A DNA stretch of 64,000 bases, from the NCBI GenBank assembly GCA_963668675.2, contig CAXXMB010000001.1:1312001-1376000 (forward strand), written 5' to 3'. A program made the position numbers and the translations under genes. Source of the stretch: an uncultured Desulfatitalea sp. (lineage in GTDB: Bacteria; Desulfobacterota; Desulfobacteria; Desulfobacterales; Desulfosarcinaceae). Below are positions 21,034 through 29,678 of the stretch, piece after piece (position 1 is the first letter of the stretch; each line of letters opens with the position of its first letter). The notes beneath the pieces are model-generated. The model worked only from the letters and a program-made list of their open reading frames with translations, was not told the origin of the DNA and made no database searches.

Positions 21034-21300
21034 CGGTCCGGGGTGGTCCGGGGTGGTCCGGGTATACCCGGGCCACCAAAAGCCGGTGATTTCAACCGGT
21101 TAATATGGGTGGTCCGGGTGGTCCGGGTGAAATTCCACCTACGCACGTACGCGCGCGTGCGCGTAGACATATATTCTGGTTACTATTTCTCATAAATTAA
21201 AAAACCCCGGACCACCCGGACCACCGAAGTTAAAGATCTGTTTTTATATGTGCTTTGCTGGCCCGGGTATACCCGGACCAACCCGGACCACCCCGGACCG
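21034..21300. repeat. Inverted iteron array; probable phage replication origin
   Basis: 42-bp inverted repeat (21034-21075 and 21259-21300, 1 mismatch); five GGTCCGGG units facing five inverted copies around a central palindrome and an AT-rich tract. Confidence 0.8.
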
Positions 21301-21391
21301 GTTTGAAGATAATGGCCTTTTTCGTGCGGTTTTGTGCACGGGGCCACCCGGTTGGCGGGCCTGGACCTGATTTGGGGTTGGGGGGCAGACG

Positions 21392-21841
21392 ATGACCACG
21401 GCTCTAGAAAAACTTCAGCAAAAGTACGGCGCATCGGAGTGCGTCCGAGACGCCGAAAACGCGCACCAGGCGCCCGACGACCGGCATGCGGCCGGCTATC
21501 GGGGAGAAGGTGCGGCGATGCCCGACGGGTGCGCTGGAGGGCAGGATACGGCGCTGTCATGGCGTGACAGCGAAGCCATCTTGGCGTTGCGATCGTTTTT
21601 GAAGCTGACGCCAGAGCTTCGGGCCCGAATCGGATTGGTGGCAGGGTGTGTGGCCCTCCACTTCGATCCGCCCCTGGACCCGAAAGACACCGTTCGCTGG
21701 CGTGCGGCCTGCGAAGCGGAAACCCTGCTGCGTGCAGCCCGGGAGGACATTCGCATACTGGTGCTCGACGGTGCGCTCACGCTGCAGGTGATCGACCATC
21801 GCGTGATCGATTTTGGCGATGACGAAAGCAAGAAGCAATAG
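21392..21841 (+). CDS. Phage hypothetical protein
   Basis: Co-oriented ORF downstream of the origin, abutting the next gene. Confidence 0.55.
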   Translation: MTTALEKLQQKYGASECVRDAENAHQAPDDRHAAGYRGEGAAMPDGCAGGQDTALSWRDSEAILALRSFLKLTPELRARIGLVAGCVALHFDPPLDPKDTVRWRAACEAETLLRAAREDIRILVLDGALTLQVIDHRVIDFGDDESKKQ

Positions 21842-21852
21842 GAGTGGTAGAC

Positions 21853-22314
21853 ATGGCTTATGCCGAAAACACGAGCGTGCCGGTAGAAAAATCAAAAGCT
21901 GAGATCGAGCGGATCCTTCAGCGCTACGGTGCCGACCAGTTCATCAGCGGGTGGGATGCCCGCAGAGCCTATGTCGCCTTTCGCATGCAAGGGCGTCAGA
22001 TCAAGTTTGTGATCGAGCTGCCGGATAAAAGCGATCGCGAGTTTACTCACACGCCGGGTAAAAGAATCAAACGCACTGAGTCGAAAGCATATGCTGCCTG
22101 GGAACAGGCCTGCCGTCAACGCTGGCGTGCACTGGCCCTGGTGATCAAGGCCAAGCTCGAAGCGGTCGAGACCGGCATCACGGTCTTCGAAGACGAATTC
22201 ATGGCCCATATAGTGCTACCCGACGGACAAACGGTCGGCGAGTACATGCGGCCGCAAATCGCCGTTGCATATGAGAAAGGCAGCATGCCGAAACTGCTGC
22301 CATATGGTTCTTAG
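21853..22314 (+). CDS. Conserved phage hypothetical protein
   Basis: GGAG SD; MAYAENTSVPVEKSKAEIE...WRALALVIKAKLEAVE...FMAHIVLPDG resembles a widespread phage family. Confidence 0.8.
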   Translation: MAYAENTSVPVEKSKAEIERILQRYGADQFISGWDARRAYVAFRMQGRQIKFVIELPDKSDREFTHTPGKRIKRTESKAYAAWEQACRQRWRALALVIKAKLEAVETGITVFEDEFMAHIVLPDGQTVGEYMRPQIAVAYEKGSMPKLLPYGS

Positions 22315-22432
22315 TGATAGGTGCTGCGTTACCTATTTGAAATGACAAGGCAGCACCATTTTTGACGTTGCTGCGTTCTTTGACAATTTGAGTGAGTGAA
22401 TTTTAAAGTTGGAAAGATGCGCTGCTGTATCT

Positions 22433-22482
22433 CGGTTGGCCGCACCAGCGGTCAACCGTACCTCTCCATTTCATTGTTATGT
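22433..22482 (-). other. Truncated attC site closing cassette array 2
   Basis: Minus strand R'' ACATAAC overlaps the stop codon and complements the cassette start GTTATGT (23535-23541). Inner hairpin CGGTTGACCGC/GCGGCCAACCG is present; the L'/R' arm is missing. Confidence 0.6.
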
Positions 22483-22995
22483 TCCGTCATGAAGAACTTG
22501 ATATCGCAGACGTAGCGCGTTCTCATTTAGGGGGCGAGAATCTAGAAGTTTCAGCCGAGTCAGGCCCAATTCATCCCCAAACACAGGCGTGCCTACACCG
22601 AAGGCTACCGGTTGGAGGTCAATAACGATGTTGTCAATAAGTTGTTCGCGCATGAATGAATAAGCAACAGCGCGACCGCCTCCGATTATCGCTTCATCAA
22701 CCCCTGTGTCCTTAAGTATCTCTATCGCCTCTGAGGGAGACTTAGCATGCTGCCATCCGGAATCGCCCAGATCGATGTCTCTGGAAGACAGTACGATCTT
22801 ATGTTTCGGATTCAGTACTGATGCCATCTCGTCATTTTTTAATTGTTCGAAGGAACTTCGACCCGCAATTACATTGTCAGCATCGTTTACCAAAGAGCAC
22901 CAGTCTTCCCAAGCTCCGTCTGGGAATAGCGGTATGCCCTCCTTATCAGCAATTAACCCATCGATTGAGACTGAAAGAAAAAGTGTTGTTTTCAT
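22477..22995 (-). CDS. Dihydrofolate reductase-like / RibD C-terminal family protein (cassette gene)
   Basis: SVSIDGLIAD, VIAGRSSF, IIGGGRAVA, QPVAFGVGTPVF. Confidence 0.85.
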   Translation of the reverse strand: MKTTLFLSVSIDGLIADKEGIPLFPDGAWEDWCSLVNDADNVIAGRSSFEQLKNDEMASVLNPKHKIVLSSRDIDLGDSGWQHAKSPSEAIEILKDTGVDEAIIGGGRAVAYSFMREQLIDNIVIDLQPVAFGVGTPVFGDELGLTRLKLLDSRPLNENALRLRYQVLHDGT

Positions 22996-23019
22996 GAATA
23001 CCTCCAGGGAATTTAACGC

Positions 23020-23511
23020 CTAAAGGGACCGGGCAAGCCCAAGCCCCAAGCACAGAAAAATAATCGAGAATAGTCCAATATATGTCCTAATATGATTCCA
23101 GCGTTGCCAATTCACTTGATAGTCGCTCCATTCTTCCGAACCTTCTGTTGGTTTCACCTTTGCAAGCTTGTCATTCAGAGGGACATTGCGGAGAGCGGTG
23201 ATCGCGAATGGACCAATAATATACCCTATGGATCCTGCAAGTAGCAGAACACTATGTGTGTCATGCAGGTGAAATAAACTGTAAATTGCGATCATCACGC
23301 AAAGAAGTGGCGTACCAAGAAAGAATAGTAGAAACAAAGGATTGATGATCTTTTCATTGATCTGCTGCATCGCAAACATACCATGCTCAGACGAAAGCTC
23401 AGCTAAGGCACGCATAATGAAATTCGAAAAAGCAAACAGTAAGCCGGTAACCATTCCAGCACCAACTATTGCCGCAATAATTAAGTAAGGAAGAATCGAA
23501 TCGACAGTCAT
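23020..23511 (-). CDS. DUF1772 / anthrone oxygenase family membrane protein (cassette gene)
   Basis: GLLFAFSNFIMRAL...AMQQIN...NVPLND.LA...W..WNHIRT. Confidence 0.85.
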   Translation of the reverse strand: MTVDSILPYLIIAAIVGAGMVTGLLFAFSNFIMRALAELSSEHGMFAMQQINEKIINPLFLLFFLGTPLLCVMIAIYSLFHLHDTHSVLLLAGSIGYIIGPFAITALRNVPLNDKLAKVKPTEGSEEWSDYQVNWQRWNHIRTYIGLFSIIFLCLGLGLARSL

Positions 23512-23534
23512 TTCTTATCCATTTTGTTGATGAG

Positions 23535-23601
23535 ACATAACGTTCCGGGTAACTTGCCCGGCGCGTCGTTTTGCCCGTTCAAGTTCACCCGATTGTTCGG
23601 C
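23535..23601 (-). other. attC site (67 bp) of cassette array 2
   Basis: Minus strand GCCGAAC-AAT-CGGGT(G)AACTTG...CAAGTTACCCG-GAAC-GTTATGT; the R'' box complements the cassette start GTTCGGC at 24097-24103. Confidence 0.85.
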
Positions 23602-23661
23602 AAATTCGTTGTTCCCAGTTTTGCTAAGAACGAAGGCCTGTCACCCTTGCCAATTATGGAG

Positions 23662-24060
23662 TTACGTCCGGCTATTAATTAGCGAGACTTGATCATTTAG
23701 GGTCCAAAGATCGTATAGATATCCTATGCCGAAAATGCCACCTGACAGCAGATACACTATCCCTGTAAACCACTTTCCCATATAAAAACGGTGTATGCCG
23801 AATAAGCCGAGGAATGTTAGCAAAATCCATGCTACCGTGTAGTTAAGATTACCACTATGGTACCTGAAGTCGGCCTGACGGCCCATAGATGGGATGAGAA
23901 AAAGATCAATAATCCATCCGATAAAGAAAAGTCCTAAAGTAAAGAACCAAATGGTTCCAGAAATGGGTTTGCCGTAGTAAAATCGATGGGCTCCCATGAA
24001 ACCAAATATCCATAGGATGTAGCCGATTGATTTAAGGTGAGTATCGTTTGAATAGTCCAT
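23662..24060 (-). CDS. TM2 (NINE) domain membrane protein (cassette gene)
   Basis: Two repeats of G..G.HRFY.GK...G... Confidence 0.9.
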   Translation of the reverse strand: MDYSNDTHLKSIGYILWIFGFMGAHRFYYGKPISGTIWFFTLGLFFIGWIIDLFLIPSMGRQADFRYHSGNLNYTVAWILLTFLGLFGIHRFYMGKWFTGIVYLLSGGIFGIGYLYDLWTLNDQVSLINSRT

Positions 24061-24533
24061 AGGTGGTTCCCTTGACTAAGCCTTAGAATGATTAATGCCG
24101 AACGTTATTATTAGATGGAATTCCGAATAATTACAAAAAATCAAACATATGCTGAAAATGAAAATGACGTACCTTTTGAGCTAAAAACCTTTTGCCAATA
24201 CAAACAGATACTAATCATAACAGCCCAAAAATCCAATTTTATCTCACTCAGCTCAAGTTGTTCACTTTTTTGTAAGTGCAGCTTTCCGTACCTGTTATGC
24301 ATGTTATACAGCTGCCGCATAACATGTAAATTTGAACCATCAGCAGTGACCCTACCTGCCTTGAGAAAGGAGTGGTCGCCCGATGAAAAACTACAATCGC
24401 CGTGTGACATACAGAACCGATATGGGCGGTACGGGTCACACAATAGTGCGGTGGATACTCCTTTCTCAAGGGTATGCAGTGACAAGTACTACGCACCAAC
24501 TTCAAAACATAGATTGAAAAAGATGTATCGCTA

Positions 24534-25070
24534 ATGCCAGAAGAAAAGCAGACATTCAAAAGCATCGCGGCCGTGATTCGCTTCCTTAAAGGCAAAGGAT
24601 ACAGGGTCGAAAAATCCAAGGTCTATCAGGACAAACGAAAGGGGCTTTTGCGCTGCGGAGAAAACGGCACGATCAGCGAAGACGACGCCCTGGCCTATGC
24701 CGTGCGGTCCGAACTGGGCAAAGTGAGCGATGCCGTCGCAGAGATCGACCAGTACGCCGGCGTGCGATCGAAAAAAGAGATCGAAAAGCTCGAGGTGCAG
24801 ACCGAAAAGCTGCGCTTCGAACTGGATAAGGAGCGCGGCAAGTACATTCTGAAAGAAGACGTTCGCCTACAGGTTGCCATCAAACTGGCGGCCTTGGAGG
24901 CGGGCATCAAAAATGTGGTGCGGGTCAACGCCGCCGACTGGATCCACAAGACCGGCGGCGATTCAAAAAAAGAAAGCATGTTCTGCAACCTGGTCTACGC
25001 CGAAGTGGACTTGCTTTTGGGTGAGTTTGGCAACATGGAAGAGATCAAGGTGGAGGTACGAAAGCAATGA
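24534..25070 (+). CDS. Probable terminase small subunit
   Basis: N-terminal HTH-like segment and coiled coil (EKLRFELDKERGKYI); overlaps the large-subunit start (ATGA). Confidence 0.7.
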   Translation: MPEEKQTFKSIAAVIRFLKGKGYRVEKSKVYQDKRKGLLRCGENGTISEDDALAYAVRSELGKVSDAVAEIDQYAGVRSKKEIEKLEVQTEKLRFELDKERGKYILKEDVRLQVAIKLAALEAGIKNVVRVNAADWIHKTGGDSKKESMFCNLVYAEVDLLLGEFGNMEEIKVEVRKQ

Positions 25071-26995
25071 TGCCCTGCCCTATTCCCGTCGATCCGGGAT
25101 GGTTTCCCGAAGAGGTGCGGCCGGGTGCCGGCACGGTGCTCTCGGCCAGGTGGTCCAGGGACGAGCGCAAGGTGCTGCGTCGTAAAAAGCCGATGCGCCC
25201 CTCCGAGTGGACGGAAAAGAACATCGTGCTGCCGTCGGACTCTCCGGTGCCAGGCCCTTACCGTTGCTCCATGGTGCCCTATGCGGCCGGGGTGATGGAT
25301 GCCTCCTTTTTCCCGGGCGTGGAAGAGATCGTGATGTGCTGGCCGTCTCAGACCAGCAAGACCACCATCGTCAACAACTGCCTGGCCTATGCCGCTGACC
25401 GGGCGCCGGGCAATGCCATCGTCACCTATCCCGATGAGGTGACCTCCAAGGACAACTCCAAGGACCGCTTATTGGCCATGATCAACGCTTCGCCGTTATT
25501 GCGCACGTTTAAGACCAACAAGACCGACGACGAGGGCGCCGTGAAGATCAAGCTGCGCCACATGATCATCTACATGGCCTGGGCCAACTCGGCGGCCCGT
25601 TTGGCCAACCGGCCGGCGCCGTATGGGGTAGCCGATGAAGAGGATAAGTTCCCGGTCACGGTGGGCAAAAAAGAGTCGGGCCCGGTGGACCTGTTGCGCA
25701 ACCGGGCAAGAAATTTCGCCCACATGCGGAAATTATGGCGGGTGTCGACACCCACCATCGAGACCGGCCCGATCTGGCGAGCCCTGACCGAAGAGTGCGA
25801 GCTGGTGTTCGTCTATCACGTGAGATGCCCCCACTGCTCGGCCACCCAGCTCATGGTGATGGGAGACGGCAAAGAGGGTCGTGGCATCAAGTGGCCCGGC
25901 GGATCCAAGGCCGACCCCAAAGAGGTGCACACCCGCAAGTTGGCCTACTACGAATGTGAAAAGTGTCACGAACCCTGGAGCGATTCGGCCCGCAACATGG
26001 CCGTTCGCATGGGGCAGTGGCGCGATCGAGATACCGGCATGGCCCTCGAGGCGTGTCTAAAGTCGGTCAAACCAAGGGTGATCGGGTTTCATCTGCCGGC
26101 GTGGGTATCGCCCTTCGTGTCGCTGTCCGAGTGCGCAGCGGCCTTTTTACTGGGCTTAAATGATCTGACCAAGCTGAAAAAGTACAAAAACGACTATGAG
26201 GCGAAGCCGTGGATCATCCGCACCCAGGAGCGCAAGGTCGATGCGATCTTCGAGCTATGCGACGAGCGGCCCGAAGGCATGGTCCCCGGTGGAAACAAGG
26301 TCTCTTGTCTGACGGCCGGCATCGACACCCAGGACTATTCGTTCTGGTACGAGATCAGGGCCTGGGGCTGGGGTGCCTCCATGGACTCGTGGCAGATCAG
26401 GGCCGGTGAGGTCCTCACCTTCAATGACCTCGAGGAGATTCTTTGGAACAGCGAGTACCGGGATCCGGACGGCAACCTCTATTTTGTCAGATTGGCCCTG
26501 CAGGATGCCATGGGGCACCGCACGGCCGACGTGTACGATTTTTGCCGGCGCCATGGCCCCATGATCTTTGCCACCCAGGGGAAGGACACCCTGGCCCAGC
26601 CGTTTGCCTGGAGCAGCATCGATTTTTACCCGGGAGGCAAAAAGCCGATCCCGGGCGGGCTCAAGCTGATCCGGTTCGATACGAACTTTTTCAAAAACGA
26701 TCTGTCCAGGAGGCTGGGGGTCAAGCTGGGGGATCCCGGGGCCTGGCGGTTCAATGCTGAGCTGACCGATGCCTGGGCGGCCCACATGTCGGCTGAGTTT
26801 ATCGGAGAGTCGGGGAAATGGGAATGCCCGGAAGGAAAGGACAATCATGGATGGGACTGCTCGGTATTAAACCGTCTGGCTGCCGAAGTACTTGGAGTGA
26901 AGTACTGGTCAAAGCCCGGGGGTATAAAGGTCCAAGAATCAAAATCAAGCGATCGTCCAAATTCAGATAAATCACCTAAAAAGAGGATGTGGTAA
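25067..26995 (+). CDS. Terminase large subunit, lambda GpA family
   Basis: SQTSKT P-loop, ADEEDKF Walker B, VSTPT, CPHC/CEKC zinc motifs, AGIDTQ nuclease, NHGWDC. Confidence 0.93.
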   Translation: MMPCPIPVDPGWFPEEVRPGAGTVLSARWSRDERKVLRRKKPMRPSEWTEKNIVLPSDSPVPGPYRCSMVPYAAGVMDASFFPGVEEIVMCWPSQTSKTTIVNNCLAYAADRAPGNAIVTYPDEVTSKDNSKDRLLAMINASPLLRTFKTNKTDDEGAVKIKLRHMIIYMAWANSAARLANRPAPYGVADEEDKFPVTVGKKESGPVDLLRNRARNFAHMRKLWRVSTPTIETGPIWRALTEECELVFVYHVRCPHCSATQLMVMGDGKEGRGIKWPGGSKADPKEVHTRKLAYYECEKCHEPWSDSARNMAVRMGQWRDRDTGMALEACLKSVKPRVIGFHLPAWVSPFVSLSECAAAFLLGLNDLTKLKKYKNDYEAKPWIIRTQERKVDAIFELCDERPEGMVPGGNKVSCLTAGIDTQDYSFWYEIRAWGWGASMDSWQIRAGEVLTFNDLEEILWNSEYRDPDGNLYFVRLALQDAMGHRTADVYDFCRRHGPMIFATQGKDTLAQPFAWSSIDFYPGGKKPIPGGLKLIRFDTNFFKNDLSRRLGVKLGDPGAWRFNAELTDAWAAHMSAEFIGESGKWECPEGKDNHGWDCSVLNRLAAEVLGVKYWSKPGGIKVQESKSSDRPNSDKSPKKRMW

Positions 26996-26997
26996 CC

Positions 26998-27234
26998 ATG
27001 AACGAAAAAATAGATAAGGAAATTCTAATTGGAATCAAGGCAATCCAGCCGGTGTTGGGAGGTGCCAGTGAAGATACTATCTTGAAGTGGAAACGTGAAT
27101 ACCCATCAATGCCAATGCGTAAAATCAAGGGGCAGTGGGCAACCACACGGGACGAGATGGTGCGTTGGTGGGGGTTTTTTGTTACGGATAATCTTGAGAA
27201 TTACAATGCGTTAAAGCTCAATTTAAATAAATGA
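26998..27234 (+). CDS. Small HTH-like DNA-binding phage protein
   Basis: ILIGIKAI...GASEDTILKWKREY..MPMRKI.GQW. Confidence 0.65.
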   Translation: MNEKIDKEILIGIKAIQPVLGGASEDTILKWKREYPSMPMRKIKGQWATTRDEMVRWWGFFVTDNLENYNALKLNLNK

Positions 27235-27371
27235 TTGTCTTTGAAAATTCTCTCTCCTCTTAAGTAGGCAGGATAGAATCACATGTAAGCATGAGATATT
27301 TTTTTGCCTTTTCAGGTATCTGTAACACAATCCCTTACTTTTTATTTAGTCGTTTGATTTTGGAAAGAAAT

Positions 27372-27941
27372 CTATATTTTAAAACTGTTGACTATGCTGT
27401 TAAGTTTGGCCGCCAGACCTCGCAGGTCAGTGACACTGACCTTCATCTGATCGCTGCTATTAGCAATATCACCCGAACTTTGGCTTACTACCGCAATGTC
27501 ATCTGAAATCTCTTTTGAGGCTATAGAACTCTGATTGATGTTCTTGTTTACTTCTTGCATTCCTCGAGAAGCCTGAGAAATGTTGTCAGCGATTTTTCTC
27601 GTAACTGCAGACTGCTCTTCCACGGACGTGGCGATAGTGCCGAAATTTGGTTGACATTGTCAATCACACCGGAAATCTCGTTTATCCCCATTATTGTACT
27701 GCCTGTGCTGTCTTGGATATCCTTGATTTTAAATTTGATATCCAAAGTGGCTTCTGACGTTTGCTTTGCCATTTCCTTGATTTCATTTTCCACGACAGCA
27801 AATCCTTTGCCCGCATCACCATCCCTTGCGGCTTCGATGGTTGCATTTAAAGCCAGCAGATTGACTTGCTCCGATATCTCGATAATGGTTTCCACCACTT
27901 TTCCGATCCCATGGGCTGCCTCTCCAAGGCTATCCATCCGA
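27372..27941 (-). pseudogene. Methyl-accepting chemotaxis protein signalling-domain fragment, frameshifted
   Basis: [29 protein letters not shown] in one frame continues as [14 protein letters not shown] in another; apparent 1-bp loss near 27644; no N-terminal sensor domain. Confidence 0.85.
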
Positions 27942-28150
27942 TGAATAGCTTTTAGCCGAGGTTTTCCAATCAAATATTGTATTAGTTCAGCATACAGATG
28001 GTAGGATGAAATGCCTAACTGAGTAATATAATCGCCCATCTGAAAATAGACTTAAGGAAAATGGATTGAGTGCAAAGGTGAACTGGAAAGCACGACTTGA
28101 TGTTTTCGGTCCGGGCTTTCAACCAAAAAGGATCAGCCCGGACCGGATTG

Positions 28151-29101
28151 TTATTTGATGATCTCGGCGTTGCTTATAATGTAGTAGGGGATATCGGCAC
28201 CAATGCGTTCAGCTGTTTTTGTGTTTAGCTTGATTTTCTGCATACTTAAAGGCAAGGTCTTGGACGGCACGCTTGATGGTGCGCTACCTTTCAAAACCAG
28301 GTCGGCATTATTGGCTAACTCCATTCCTACGGAGTGATAGCTGGATACGACACCGATCATGGCACCGGATTCTAAATACTTCGGTAAAGCAGCATAAGTC
28401 GGTATATTCTTGTTGTTGATTTTCGAGATGATTGTTACGCCGTTGGTTTGGATGAAGCTGTCTGAGGGTAGGTAGATAAGCCCCGGTTTTTTTGAGATAA
28501 GATTTGAGACCGCGTTTTCAATGGATTGTTCAGAATCAACCGGCTCCGCTGCAAAGGCAACACCCTTTGCTTTTAATAATCTTCCCAACTCTTCCAACGC
28601 AATTTGGGAGTTTTTTTCAGAAGGGTTATACACCATTCCGACCGTTTTAAATGATCCCAAGCTTAAAAGAAAATCCACCTGATCTTCATAGGGGATAGCA
28701 TGGCTAACACCGGTGGTATTGTTGCCGGATGACTCCCAACTTTTTATAAGACCGGCTTTTACGGGGTTGGTTACAATGCCGTAAAAAATTGGTGTGTTCG
28801 TGACTCTTTTGGCTGCCTTCGTACTGACCGTTGTCCCGAAAGTATAGATAAAATCATATTGCGTTTCATCAAGGCTTTCCAAGAATCGGTCTAACTTCTC
28901 CTTGTCCTGGGCGGCATCGAATTCCGTTGCTGACACCTCATATCCCAATTGGGCAAGTCCGGCCCTGAATCCTTTGGCGCAATCGGTTTCACCACGCCAA
29001 TACATCATAAGACCCTTGACCGGTTTCGCCCACGCAATCGATCCAAAGTGAAATACCATCAAACTCATAGTTATGGCGATGAACATTTTTTTCAGTTTCA
29101 T
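28151..29101 (-). CDS. ABC-transporter substrate-binding-type periplasmic protein (moron)
   Basis: Signal peptide; PIFYGIVTNPVKAGLI.S..SSGNNTTGVS, GMVYNPSEKNS, IYLPSD motifs. Confidence 0.85.
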   Translation of the reverse strand: MKLKKMFIAITMSLMVFHFGSIAWAKPVKGLMMYWRGETDCAKGFRAGLAQLGYEVSATEFDAAQDKEKLDRFLESLDETQYDFIYTFGTTVSTKAAKRVTNTPIFYGIVTNPVKAGLIKSWESSGNNTTGVSHAIPYEDQVDFLLSLGSFKTVGMVYNPSEKNSQIALEELGRLLKAKGVAFAAEPVDSEQSIENAVSNLISKKPGLIYLPSDSFIQTNGVTIISKINNKNIPTYAALPKYLESGAMIGVVSSYHSVGMELANNADLVLKGSAPSSVPSKTLPLSMQKIKLNTKTAERIGADIPYYIISNAEIIK

Positions 29102-29459
29102 TTTGTTTTCCCTTCTTGATTATTCTGGATCGTAAAAATTTGATCCCAATTATTCACAAAAATATGGATACCGTCCGGTTGTCAGCCAGAAGTCCACTCC
29201 AAAAGCATCTTTCATACAGTCGGTCTGCGAAGGAAAAACTTTAGGAAAAGTCGCTCAAAATTTGTATGCGCCACTATTTTCCATAACTATTAACAACCGC
29301 CAGCTTTTGATTCCAAAAAATCCTGTCAATCCGAAATAACCCGATATAGCTTGATATATGGGATAACAAACCCGATATTCCCCGATATACCCAGTCCCCC
29401 CAAAACCCCATGTTACGGTGGTCATGTAAATTCCACCACACCACACATGGGGTTTTACC

Positions 29460-29678
29460 ATGACTTACACCCAAGAAGACCTGGCCACCCTCCGCGCGAT
29501 GAAGATGTCCCTGCTTCAGGGAAAGCGCGTGGTCCGTTCCGAAGTAGCCGGCAAGGCGCTGGAGTTTCAGGCGGTAAAGATCGCCGACCTGGATGCCGCG
29601 ATTGCCGCGGCCGAGGCCGAGTTGGGCACGGTTCCCCTGCGTACCTATGCTAAAAACGGAGGATCGGCCTCGTGCTGA
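29460..29678 (+). CDS. Head-tail joining protein, gpW-like
   Basis: 72 aa immediately before the portal; TYTQEDLA...G.R.VR...G..LEF. Confidence 0.75.
   Translation: MTYTQEDLATLRAMKMSLLQGKRVVRSEVAGKALEFQAVKIADLDAAIAAAEAELGTVPLRTYAKNGGSASC

Noticed and set aside
21034..21300. GGTCCGGG repeats as a CRISPR array
   Set aside because: The units are 8-10 bp, tandem and inverted, with no unique spacers and no cas genes; they fit iterons.
22477..22995. dfrA-type trimethoprim-resistance cassette
   Set aside because: The motifs fit the broader RibD-C/DHFR-like family, and the canonical DHFR IG....PW motif is absent; resistance cannot be claimed.
24115..24534. ORFs in the gap between array 2 and the terminase small subunit
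   Set aside because: They are overlapping Cys/Ser-rich frames with no motif or SD; more likely non-coding or promoter DNA.
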